In this document: piece after piece, positions 1 to 12,500 of the stretch
Position numbering within the stretch: position 1 is the stretch's first letter
How the letters are laid out: the number at the start of each line of letters is the position of its first letter
Source of the DNA: Tubiluchus corallicola
Taxonomy: Eukaryota; Animalia; Priapulida
NCBI GenBank assembly: GCA_030141605.1
Contig: JAQGDQ010000003.1
Coordinates: 1,922,001 to 1,986,000, forward strand
Reading direction: 5' to 3'
DNA: 64,000 nt
The notes under the pieces: generated by a model
What the model saw: only the letters and a program-made list of their open reading frames with translations
The model's database searches: none
Told to the model about the DNA's origin: nothing
Made by a program: the position numbers and the translations under genes

Positions 1-239
1 AAAAATTGTTCGTTGAGCATTTTAAACTGCCAAATTTCTTTAGTTTGTTATTTTCTGAACTATTGATCTTTTTTATTTTTCGGATGCACTCAATTTATGG
101 AATTCTATTATTTCTTTTCACAACACTTTTATGCAGTGTTTATCCGGGGGTAACTGAATGACTGGTTTTGATCAATAGAACCCTGCTGCTGTTTTATGCT
201 TAAATTTTTTGTTAGTTATCGTTATTTTCGATTATTCAG

Positions 240-3200
240 ATTGAGGAATTAGAAAATGAGTTGGAGCGCAGAGAGAGATTCTTAGCACGGCTGGAGTCTG
301 AATTTTCTGCTGTTAAGTCAGAACTTAATGAGCTGAAGAAAGAATTTGAACTCAAAGGCCATGAAGTGACACGAATTCGCAGTGAGGCTAACGAGCAAAT
401 GAGGTAGGTAACAATGAGCACTCATTGTTTGTTCGCCTTTTTTCAAATTTTAATAAATTAAAGTAAAGGAAATTTACACAAACAGTGTACTACTGATAAA
501 AATTGCACAAACTTATGTAGAACTTAGTACAAAAGTCTCCTAGTGCATGTTTGGTCATTCATTACTATTATTACATTAACGTATTTCTTATTAGCATAAA
601 TTAAATTATAAAATGGGAATTTATTAAATTGTGGCAAGGCACTTATTAAAGGGGAGCAATTTTACAAAGCAAGGTTTTAATCCTACTGTAAATGTTTGCA
701 ACATTATATTACGGCCTGGTCAGCTGGTTATTAGATTATTGAATTGGGTCTTTATTAAATTAAATTTTGTCTTCATACTGATCTGACCTTTGACCTTGTG
801 TCTGCAAACAACTCTTCAAAAAACATTGCTAATTTATTGCTTTTGACCTTTCTTATTCAAACTGTGCTAATGTGATATTTGACTTTTCGACTTCTTTTTC
901 ATATTAAATGCAGAATACTTTAAAGTGAATAATCTTGAAAAATCTGGAACATGGGCTTCAACAGCTGTCCGAGTTTTAAAGTGAATGCTACCTGTATATG
1001 TGCCATTAAGGCATATGGCATTGACATTGGCCTATGAGGTGAAGTGAATGATCTCAAAAAGTTTATTAGAAGGGCATGTGACATTTGGGCACAGCCATTT
1101 GGATAAGGGACATTTGGGCATAGGACACTTGAGCGTGAGACATTTAGGCACTGGACACTTGGGTACGACATATTTGGGCACAAATAAAATTTAATGTATC
1201 TAATTTTTTGTTTTTTTATTTTTTAAATTTTTAGTGACTCACTGTAGTTTCTAACTCTCTGAATATTTTTTAATAATCATGTCTTCGCTAAATTAAATGT
1301 ACGCATTAATATATGATGTAACAGTTGAAACCAGACAATTGATTTTGCACTTTCTGGTTTTTGAACCGTTTTTCACCTTACTTCAGTACAGCTTTTAAAA
1401 TGAACGAAGCAGAAGAAGAGACTGCAAGTTTAAATTAGCACTTTATAAAAATACGACAGCATTTTATTTCAAAAATATCTAGTGTATCACAAAAACAGTA
1501 AATAACAGAAATGTGTGTCACAAAATTCTATCTAATACTAGCTAATACAGCAGTTTAACTAGTATTATGTAACAATACTATATTCATTGAACCTTGGTAT
1601 TCTTTAGATGAAACCAAATTAGAATGTGCTGCTTAGTTCATTAGTGCTTATACCCAACTGTCTACTAGAAAACAACTAGCTAGATTAACTAGTAAACTAG
1701 ATAAGTGATGTACACTTATCAATATCGATATCAACAATAATTATAAGAATTTTCCTTGTATGTATCTCTTGTGAAATCCATGATAATATTGTTATCAGTT
1801 CAGCAGCAGTGTTTTTAAACTAAATGAGTTATACTATAATATATAATTGTTTCCAGTTTTATCCAATCATACTTACAAAAACAATTATTTTTTCTTGCCT
1901 AAACTGTTAGATATTTTATTATAATAATCAGGCAGTGGACGACGATTCCCACAAGCATTTTAGCTCATTAGGCAGTGTGATTTTCAGCGAAAAACAAAAA
2001 TAATTGCTTTTGTTGATTGAGTCACATTGTGCATAGTCGCTGGTCGATTGAGCGTCGTAAGACAGTGCCCAAGTGTCTGATGTCCAAACAGCCATGCCCA
2101 AATGTGTGGTTAGAAGTGTTCCACCCCTCCATAAGTGTGTGGTAAAAGTAAAACGTTAATGTATTGAGCAGAAGAGTATTTCATAAGTGAAACACGCGCT
2201 GTTAACTTTTGCTGCATCATATGAATTCTATTGCCAATTGTATTACACTGCTTTAAACCAAACTAAAATTTAATGCTGTGAAATAAATTAGCACGACTAT
2301 TTTCTCTTTTCAAACTAACATTTTATCCAGTTTCAATAATTTTCAATACAACAAAAACATTAAATTTATACAGTCATTTATATCATTTAGTCTAATCTTC
2401 ATTTAATTAATCACTATACTGACGTTCGAGTTTCTTGTCTATATAATTTGCATTTATTGATAGGTGGTAAACCCATAATAGTCTTTCAGTGGCTTATTTG
2501 TAGCACCAACAGATATTCTGGATTTGTTAATCATATTAGGTGTTGGGTTTGCGTTCTTTTTCTCGCCTCTGCTTTCCTCTCCTACGTTATTATGTATCTT
2601 CCCGCTTTTGATCGATGTATTGTTGTTATGTTAAACACGTTAATGTTATGTTCTGTGCTGGTCCGTGCATGGGCTGACCTTCGCACTTAATAATTTATTC
2701 TTATTAATTTACACTGCATCAATTCTGCAATTGGCCTTCTTCTGTGAATTGTAATGTGATAATTTCACATATCATTTATATTTATTCATTTGTTGCTATG
2801 GCTTTTATATGTTTTTGTGATGACACATGGACTTTCAACTTTTTTTCAAATTCTACATAATTGTATTTTATATTTGGATTATTTCTTGTTGTTGCTGGCT
2901 TTGTTACCTCATTACTCATTGCATATACATAACTTTTGTTCTTTTGTTTTGTTCTTTGTGTCTCATGTATTTAATGCATTATACTTATTATTTACCTTCA
3001 TATGTTAAATTCATCATGGCAATTTCCTAAAATAAAAATGTTGTTATGATAACAGCAGCAAGCGTAAATTTAGTACCTTAAGAAGAGCAATGTCATCTCG
3101 TTCAAAATCTCCTGCATTCAGAAACAGAGCGCCAGTTCCATCATTTTTCTTATGAACAATTTGTTTTATTAGCCAATTTTTGTGCATTATATGTCTTTAA

Positions 3201-6200
3201 TAAACATTGTTCATTTGTTAAACTTGTAGTGTTGGTGACTAGTTAATTCTAGTTCAATCTAAAATCACTTGAAATTGATCATTTCGAAGCACAACATTTT
3301 GCATTAATCAGAAAAACCATGCAGTTGTGGCAACTTAAGACTAAGCTTTGACTATAGTTAATTTTGTTTAATTATGATTTCATGTCTAATTAAGATGGTA
3401 AACAGAAATTAATAAAGTTTGTGCTGTTTACAGTGCCCGCTAGTTTTTTGTTGATGTTAAAATGCTAACTTAGAAATGCCACATGTGAGGCATTTGCGCA
3501 GTTGACCAGATTGGACGCAAAAAAAGGTTGTAATTTCTCTGGTTTCACCTTTTTCGCTTGATATGTTCAGTCTTTGAGGTCTGTGAAATCTTTGCTTTGC
3601 TGGTGTGATGTATTTCATTTCAAATGAACGCAAACAAGGCTTTTGTTTTTCGGCACTAATTTTAATGCATACACCGTCTTTGGGTATATATCTTTCTGCT
3701 TTACTTGCACACATGTGTATGTATATGTGTCTTAAAATATTCATCCACTCGAATGTTATTTACTTTATTCGTTTCTAATGCTTTTACTGATGCTTCTGCT
3801 CTTTTGTTGCAGGCTGGTGTGGCACTGTTCTATATATAGAAGGCATTAATATAGTTTATTACCTACACTTATATTTTTCAAGTCAAATGTCATTTTTCCT
3901 TTTTTTGTAGCCTCTAGGTGCAAGCGATCTTGACAATGGCATACATATCAACTTTTATTTTTTGCTTATTCTTTTTACTTCAACATTTTGATATTGTTGT
4001 TTGTTATATTTCAAGAACGTAGCTCCAAGGATAATGATCAAGATGTGGTTCGGGATGACATACAGTCTTGATCTAGCTGTCCCTATCTTTTGCATTCAAA
4101 AATGTGTAAAGAATCGATTTGTGATTTTTGCAGCACTTTATTTTAATATTTATTATGCTACATTATTTATTATTGGCATGATAAGATGGTGTGTCTGACC
4201 AAACTGAAGGTATTATTGTGCTTCAAGAAATCCCACCTGTGATAAGCAACCGGCCAAGCACATTTAGTTGTCTTTAATAACAGAATTGATAGTAATAAGA
4301 TAAGAAGTTTTACTTAGCATTTGTGTTTTTAATAAAAGTTATCAAATAGTGTTGGAGTGAAATTGTATTAGGATTGTGCACTTTCTCTGTAATAGATAAA
4401 ATTATCTGAATGGGGGGGGGACAAGTTCAGCAGTATAAATTTCAGTGAGAAAAGCGATGTACTCCTTCAGTGTGGTCGGAATGTGCTGCATGCGTATCAT
4501 TGTGCATGCAGATTATTTTTATTTGTCAGCCATTTTGTTAAGTGATGTGTTTGTTTTTGTGTTGTGTACTCCGCTATCCGCAGGAGGCGTGAGAAGGAGC
4601 TGACTAGGATACAGCAAGAGGAGATGAATGAATTAGAGGCGGAACATTTACGCTCACGGCAGGCTTTGCTAGCAGACTTCAACAGAGCACAGGACGCCTT
4701 GAAGGACAAAATAGGCAGGCTAAAGAAAATGTGAGAAATATTTCTTTACTTTCTCTGCCCTAAATGAGTCATACAAAATCAGTGCAAGAAGCTCCTGCAA
4801 CAGCATTTAGTTGTGACAACTGGTTCCTAAAATTTGCACTAAAGCTTAAAGTGCCCTAAAATGAAAGCACTGAATTAACAAAAGTTCTGAAAGTACTTTT
4901 GGTTCCTTGCTCTTTTTAGTTAGTTGCTACTGTAACAATTAGCAAAGCAATTTAAATACTCTTAACAGAGAAGATGTATGAAATTTTCTGACTTGGAGAA
5001 CAGAAAGCTTAAAGGTGTATCTTATGTTTGTAGGCTTCATGAAGCAGAAGAGCGTTACGAAAACAGGGAATCTCGACCTGAAGATATCAGAGATATGAAC
5101 GAACTACGTGATGCGGTTCATAACAAGGACAAAATTATACACAGGCTACTGGTAAATTTATGTAAATGTAACAGAAGAACTAGTTTGTAGTGTTGATAGG
5201 CAATCAGCAAAACTTAGACCTACACACTTTGATTGCTTCATTCTGAAAACTTCAAATAGGAAGATTTAGTGATGTATCTGAATAAAGAAGTTTACATGCT
5301 TTGTAAGCTGAAGTAAAACTGTTTCAGTGTGAATAATTTTTTAAACCTGTTTGTATATCTTATATGTATAACTTTCAAATTAAAAAATCTTAGACTATGA
5401 CTGATTTTATCTAAATTAGTGTCCACTTGTCTTTGTTTAAATATATTATTTAAATCTACTACCGTTGATTCATATTCAGCATTCATTTGAGTTCAACAAC
5501 CTGAGCTGGTCGATGATCACAAATTGATCAGCACATGTGCATCAGACCTTTTTTTGTTATCTGTGTAAGATCTTTTTCCCATTTAGAATGACAAGAAATT
5601 CTATGAGTTGGAGTTACAGAATCGAGAAACCAATTTCAACAAGATCTTCAATAGCTCACCACATGTTGGCTACATTAATCCTCTAGCAGCATCCTCATGT
5701 GGCAAGGTAAAACTGCTATACTATTGTCATAATTTATTGTTAATATGATTTTCAAGCAACTTAAACAGTTTTCTTTTTAACAATATCGTGCACACTATCA
5801 ACTGCATTTAACAACTGCAGATAATATGGATAGTGAATATTTTACTATGTCAAGCATTAATTGCTGTTGATTTGCAAAAAATAGTAACTTGAAACATGTA
5901 TAGCTTGCATATCTGTTGATATGAAACGAGTGAATTAAATCCAAAAAATATAAGACGAGAAATTGCCTTTTTGCAAGATTCACTATTTCATGTCAAGTAA
6001 TTTAAAAACTTAAATACAAAAAGGTCGATTTTCATAATTTTATATATTATGTATGGAAAATGTATAGTTTCTAACACTTGATTGCTGGTTATTATTATAG
6101 TTTTGAATACTTAATTTTTTAGAAATCCAAAGAGATGTCTCCACTGCGACAGCAGAGTGTGCCAGTCATCTTGCAGAGTAGCAGTTCACGGTTAAAGCCA

Positions 6201-6296
6201 CTGAGTCCATCTTCAACTGGTGACCACATACAACCACAGTATTCGAAACGTAGTCCTCCAACTAAGCCGCCATCGATTAAAAAGCTATACATGTGA
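240..6296 (+). CDS. FAM184A: FAM184A/B-like coiled-coil protein, 3' part (5' exons lie upstream of the window)
   Basis: Phase-consistent GT-AG exons 240-403, 4584-4730, 5034-5151, 5587-5706, 6123-6296 (TGA). Translation IEELENELERRERFLARLESE...ADFNRAQDALKDKI...EERYENRESRPEDIRDMNEL...DKKFYELELQNRETNFNKIFNSSPHVGYINPL resembles, from memory, the FAM184 C-terminus (RESRPED; FYQLELVNRETNFNKVFNSSP). The A/B paralog cannot be assigned. Confidence 0.88.
1073..2109. mobile_element. Non-autonomous DNA transposon (MITE) with 15-bp subterminal repeats
   Basis: Left array of GGACATTTGGGCA-like units (1073-1181) and the reverse-complement array TGCCCAAATGT (2064-2109). TTAGAAG flanks both sides (1066-1072, 2110-2116), a possible target-site duplication. 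Confidence 0.6.
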
Positions 6297-6424
6297 CACA
6301 CAGTGCAAACTAGACCAATATAATTTATTTTTGTAATACTGTCGATTTCATGCTAACATTTTTACACATACATTCGTTCATTCGTTTACCGTCATTTGTT
6401 ATTGGTGTAATGAACGTTGTAAAT

Positions 6425-6430
6425 AATAAA
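6425..6430 (+). other. Candidate polyadenylation signal of the FAM184-like gene
   Basis: AATAAA about 130 nt after the TGA, with a second copy a few nt downstream. Confidence 0.5.
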
Positions 6431-7015
6431 TAATAAACTGTAATTATGCCAACTAATATGCTGCATAGTTCATTTAGATGTGCATTTTTGTTTGTCGTCT
6501 AAATTGAATACAGTTAAAAGCTATAAGCATCTCCACCATATACAGTTCTAATATTGGCAGAAAACCTTTATTTTTGTGCTTAGAAGAGCTTGAATGCACA
6601 TACATAATGCTAAATCTTGATTAAAATGTAGCAAAAAAATCATTCACAATATAATGGTAATTTTTACCATTAATATGCATTCAGAACAATAGCACTCTTT
6701 CTTTTACCTCAAAACTAATTTGCCCTGTGCAGTCTCTAATTTAAGTACAGTTTTTACTTCTGCCTAAATAATTGTCTCTTGTTTGTTTTTCCGTGTGTAA
6801 ATAACAGTGAGTTATGTAGTTTGCAGACATTAGCTAAATGGTTTTTAGATGTTGGAAAATGTATTTGCGTGTCAATGTTGCCAGTTCACAATATTTAGTT
6901 TTGAAACTTGATCTTGCATGTGACATTCGCTATACAAGCTTATATTATTGGCAATTCCATGATGTTCGCCAGTGCATTTGTTGTTGGGGCACTAATTTTT
7001 GACTAATAACAGTGT

Positions 7016-8119
7016 ATGCGAAATTGGGAAGTTGAAAGAGCCAGTAAACTGCATTGGTCTAGGTTAGAAGTGATGGAGCATTTTACAAATCAAAGCTATA
7101 ATGAGCAACTTGATGTCTTGAAGACTTCTCTAGCTTTCTATGCTTATGATGTCATGTTTCCAATTCTGTTTGTGCTTGGAACAGTTGGTAACATTTTTAA
7201 TCTAATTACGTTATGGAAAAGTTCAGCACTTTCTACACTACCATATATATACTTGCGTTGGCTTGCTGTGTCCGATTTCTGTGCTGTAAATTTCTGGTTT
7301 CAACTTTCAGTGATATATAGGAAAACGCCAAGGTATCATTTGATTAGATATCTCATTTATTTCGTTCATGTAATGAGAAGCGAGTTCAAATTTGCAAGCA
7401 ACTTTCTTATTTCATTTATGACAGTGGACAGATATATAGCTGTATGTCACCCATTAAGACGCCATCTTCTGACGAAAACCCGCATCAATGTATTTGTTCT
7501 AACAGCTTTCGTATTTCCATTTCTGTTGGAGATTCCTGACAGTTTTAGCAGAAAAATGTCATTAGTGACTGACCCAGTGACAAACATAACTACACCTTCC
7601 TGGGAGTGGAACACTGGTCTCACACACCATCCACTATTTTTGGTTTGGGTGTGGCTTCGTACTGTGTCAGGCAAAATTCTGCCCCTTCTCGTCATCGTTG
7701 TTCTGAATCCCTTGATAGTCTTAGCACACCATCGCAGCGTCAAAAAACGTCACACACTTGTGGCCAAGACTCGTTTGCAAGAAAGGAGATCAGAAAAGCG
7801 ACTTTTGGTTTTGCTTCTTGGCATCTCAATTACGTTCGTCATGTGCATTGTACCCGAAGCGATTATTGGCATTGTTCATCGTACTGCTGCTAAGGAACTT
7901 GCTGATTCATTGGGTTTTATCGTGCTGCATGACATCGCAAATGTTTTGGCCATGTTCAATTATGCTATAAACTTCTATTTGTACAGCATTGCCAGCACTG
8001 AGTTTCGGAGAGCTTTCTCAGACATCTTTGGCATTTGCCTGCCACGTCACGTACATCCGTCAGAAACAGTTTCTGTAGCCAATGCTGTATCCAATAGACA
8101 TACTGGTCGACTTAATTAA
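7016..8119 (+). CDS. Single-exon class A (rhodopsin-like) GPCR, FMRFamide/sex-peptide/B0563.6-like peptide receptor group
   Basis: 367-aa ORF with seven hydrophobic segments: N-terminal NQS sequon, TM1 GN, TM2 LAVSD, TM3 DRYIAVCHP, TM6 CIVP, TM7 NFYLY in place of NPxxY. No Cys at 3.25 or in ECL2. Confidence 0.93.
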   Translation: MRNWEVERASKLHWSRLEVMEHFTNQSYNEQLDVLKTSLAFYAYDVMFPILFVLGTVGNIFNLITLWKSSALSTLPYIYLRWLAVSDFCAVNFWFQLSVIYRKTPRYHLIRYLIYFVHVMRSEFKFASNFLISFMTVDRYIAVCHPLRRHLLTKTRINVFVLTAFVFPFLLEIPDSFSRKMSLVTDPVTNITTPSWEWNTGLTHHPLFLVWVWLRTVSGKILPLLVIVVLNPLIVLAHHRSVKKRHTLVAKTRLQERRSEKRLLVLLLGISITFVMCIVPEAIIGIVHRTAAKELADSLGFIVLHDIANVLAMFNYAINFYLYSIASTEFRRAFSDIFGICLPRHVHPSETVSVANAVSNRHTGRLN

Positions 8120-8730
8120 TTAGCAAAATGCTTTTTCTGCTGGTAAGAAGTTTGCATTTCATTTGCATTACTAACAGTCTTACCATTCTTTAGTTTAGCA
8201 ATAGGAAATCTGTGCCAGTTCATTATTTTGTCGGTTTATCAAATGTATAGTAGCAGTTGTGGCAGCAGGTTGGAAGTAGTGGTTGTTATGTTCATGGCTG
8301 ACCAACAGGTTGAATACAGGTTGATGGCTGAATACAGCTTCCGAGTGGTTTCAAGTACTGTACTACTTCGACTATTTCTTTCGCTGATGGGAGGATGCAC
8401 AACGACCATAATGAGTAGACCCTGCTTTGAATGCTAAATCCTGGCAAAACGTTGAAGGCTAGTAATTAGACTTTACTTACCAGCTTATCATCCACATATT
8501 TTTATGCTGCCAGATTTTGAAAAATCCTGACATTTTGCAGTTTTGTTTTGTTTGAGTGCATCACATTTTAATATGCATAATTGATAATTAATTAATAGCA
8601 AAATAGATGAGGTGCGAAAACTCAAAAACTTTGTCGGTTTGTCTTCATTACGAAACTAGGCAAATTTACTTAATACCACATAATCATATCACAGTTACAA
8701 TATTATAAAAGAAAAATTGCATAACTTGTA

Positions 8731-9460
8731 AGTTTCATTATAATTATAATTAACAACATGAATAACAAAATTCAATATTTAAATTTAAGAATATAAAAAA
8801 TAAAATGATGAATACAAATAGTTTCATTTAGTATTTAATTAGAACACTTTAGGTGAACAAAGTAAGAATAACTAGACAAATTCAATGAAATAACAATCAC
8901 AGAACTTCATTTTATTTGAAATGATCAACAAATCCACAACTAAATAACAAAACAAGGAATCTTATTATGAATTCAGAATTATTTAATAGAAATACATTGC
9001 TAGATTGTATTTAATTTAACTACATATCTAATCAAATACATGTAATTACAAAAGCAGCAATATAATAAATCATCTTTACTGTAATAGTAAAATTTATAAA
9101 ACAGCACAAAATTGTATCACAAATCACAATTTTATGTTATTTATTATTATTATGACTGCTTACAACACAGACGAAGTTAAATCTCACAAAAATACAAAAA
9201 ATGTATAACTTATGAAATAAATTTCATTATAATTTAAAATTAATTATATTAACAACATGAATACTACAAAGTTGAAAAGTATAAAAATAAAATAAGGAGT
9301 ATAAACTAATATACAACCAGAACACTAACTGAATTAGGCTAATGAAGTAGAAATAATCAGACAAATTTAATAACTAAACACAATAACAGAATTAAATTCT
9401 TGCACTAATTCTCTGTATGATTATAATGAAATAAGCATTAAAAATCCACAAGTAAGTAAT
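8731..9460. repeat. Degenerate direct duplication (about 230 bp) between the GPCR and REC8 stop codons
   Basis: Collinear blocks TTTCATTATAATT, TTAACAACATGAATA, AGAACACT, AGACAAATT, AAATCCACAA occur at about 8731-8950 and again at about 9221-9460. Confidence 0.55.
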
Positions 9461-9513
9461 AATTAATGATGCTGTGCAGTTTAGATGCAGCTTTCTATAA
9501 AAATATTTCTTCT

Positions 9514-12500
9514 TTAATTCATACGGGTGAAGTAAATGTCACTGAAGTTTAACCCATCTTCTTGTCTTGCTTTGACTTTGCCCTTCTTGAGTAACACTGT
9601 AAACAAAAACACATTAAAATAATAATTCCACAAATCAATAAAATATATTTCACGCTCTAGAAAATAAATTGCATAATGCCAATTTTTTACACAAAATTAA
9701 ATTTACTTTTTATTTCATTATAATCATACAGAGAATCTCGGTCAAGCTCGGATATAAGGCACACATCGGGACCGAAAAAAACCGTCCCTTATATCCGATA
9801 TTTCATACCCGAAGTTGAGTCAGACCAAGGGTGTATCTAGGCCAGCGAGCTCCATATACCTAATCTGGTAGCCTAATGCCCAATGAACCATTTGTCGCAA
9901 CGTATGTAATATACCGATTTAATGCAAACACGTCCAATCATCTTGAACTGAACACAAAAATCGATGTTTATTCAAACGCATCCCAATTACAAGCCATTTT
10001 ACTACTGGTAGTATGCTAATAATATTTATGCAAATGTTTATGACTACAATCACCGCAAACCATTCGAAACACAATGGCACTGTACTACGATCACCGAGAA
10101 AAAAATTATCCGGAAAATTTTTATCTGGAAAGTTTAGTTTTCGCCATTCTTGTTGATCAGCTCATCGGCCAATCACCACCTGCCGCATAATTTATACGGG
10201 GCATCGTGATTGGCTAAGGTGCATCATGCGAACTACTAGGTCCAAGGGAATACTACTACTAGTCCAAGGAAATACAAGGATGTAAAAAATATTTGATCAT
10301 AGGGTCCCTTATATGCGAGGTAATTTACCTGGGTTTCTATTACGCGTGACCTAAAGATATCGTCCCTTATAACCAAAAGTCCCTTATATCAGAGTACCTT
10401 ATATAGGAATATTTTTACAAAGGAATGAAAAATCAGGACCGGTGTTGGTGGTCCTTATAAGCGAGTACCTTATACCCGAGGTTGACTGTACTTGCCAAAG
10501 CTTGTGCAAACATGAAAAATTCGTAATTCTGAGAAAAATTCAAACATGTTAACACTTACCGAGCATTTTGTAGAAAATTTTAGCAGCCTGATGTTTAGCA
10601 AAATTCTCTGGTGGTACCAACTCACGGAATGTAACTTTTTCATGATTACTGAAAATCTCTTCCAATTCCCTGAAACAAGTGAAAATTCACACATTAAAAT
10701 ATGTGTACAATCAGGGGTATAGTAACTATAGTTATTTCAGTTAAAGCTTATTTTATACTGTATTCATACTAAATAATAAACAAAACTGAACTTATGCCAC
10801 TAATCAGTTCGTCAGTTGTATAATTCTAAGTTGTAGTTTTCTACTATGCACTTTGCTAGTTATTCATTTGGCAAGTATACGAAAGTATGCATAGTTGTAC
10901 ATTTTGCCGGTTCACATTTCACCAGTTGTACCGTTTGCCAGTGTGCACTTTACCAATTGTACATTTTATCGCCATGCACTTCGACAGCTGCAACTACTAA
11001 ATGCATTTTATGGCAGTTCGAGATTTTTCAGTATGTACTTCACCACTCATACAGTTTGGAAAATATGTACTTCCCCAGTGGTAAAATATACAATTTGGTG
11101 GTGGTGGTAATAATAAGCACAGTTGAATGGAATAACTAAACTTGGCCTTTGATTCAAATGCTCTTTACAAACAAGCTAAATATAACAAATGTTATTGTTT
11201 CCGTACCTGCATTTTGAAATTAGACAAAAATTATTACAGCATAACATCATTATAGGAACTTGCTATGAACTCAAAAATACTATATAATCGAGGTACTCTA
11301 TAACTATATGCTCAAGAATATAACCAATGGATGGATATTGGATAAGCATGTATTAATAATTGCTATTTATAAATACTGTATGGGTGTGGCTTCACAGAGG
11401 ATATAAACTTTTAAAGTACTTTTACAAAATACTATCAACTGCTTTGCAGCAGTAGAACCAAAACCAAAATAAAAATCAATTTGGTTCTGGCTTTACCCAA
11501 TAACAACACTTCAGCAAGACTTGACCAAACTTTGGAAATGCTGATAATCTTACATGTTTTCTTGCTGACGAAATGCTGCATTGACTTCCAATTGATATAT
11601 TTATCAGAAAGAGGCCCAGTTCTCTTTTTTTGCTCAGTGACATGATTGCTCTGCCGTATACGCTTGGTGACCACACGTTACAAATAACATGTACTAGACT
11701 AGTTGGGCGCTAGCCACTGAATATAACTTACAACTGAATGCTTTCACATTGTACAGATGATGATCCTTCGACTCATCAATCATATTCGAAACTCCGCATG
11801 CTGCAAGCCCAACAACTTTATCACAGTGTTACCAGGAATGACAGGAATAAATTTCAGATCAGTAATAATGTTTGCAATAAACTTAACTTTAGCTTGAGTT
11901 AACAAAAATTTGTATAAAGATTGTGTATGTGGATGGCCACTAAATTACCACTAAGATGATTGATTTATGCTGCTGAAATTAAGCATAAGGGTAAAAATAG
12001 CTTGGTGAACTTAGCAATGTCGTGAATCTACCTATACTTACTGTTTTTAAGTGATATGTTTGAGATTAGTTGTCAGACATATTTTATTGCATGTCTTGCA
12101 AAATTAATTACCTCTGAGGACTCAGTAAACTTAAAAGCTAAGGACAACGTAAAGCCTGAATAACAATTCAATAGGCTGACTACTTACTTGTACAGGACAT
12201 GCTAACAAAGCAAACATTTTTGAAATTATAATAATATACGATATGCAATGCAAACTGCAGATGATCACAAGTGGCCAATGCCGACCACACAATTGCCTCT
12301 CCCACCATTTACTTTCATTTTACAGCACCTCAGAAAGATCGCACATATTGCTTTTGTTCTACAGTAAGAACTAGAAATAATTTGCTACAAAAGTGCACAG
12401 AAATCATTGCAAAATTAATCTGATTGCATGATATTTCAAAAGTTTTAATAACCAAGAATGAGCGTAACAGGATTGTTGAATTAATCAAAGCCGAAATTTT

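Noticed and set aside
920-1183. 87-aa ORF with CPNV-like repeats
   Set aside because: It is the translation of the 15-bp subterminal repeats of a MITE.
1932-1971. Possible FAM184 alternative terminal exon (RQWTTIPTSILAH-stop)
   Set aside because: Lies inside the putative MITE, has a weak acceptor and is very short.
11435-11676. Two overlapping minus-strand ORFs as a possible REC8 exon
   Set aside because: Exon 10560-10669 supplies the winged-helix motif in the right phase; this segment has no kleisin similarity.
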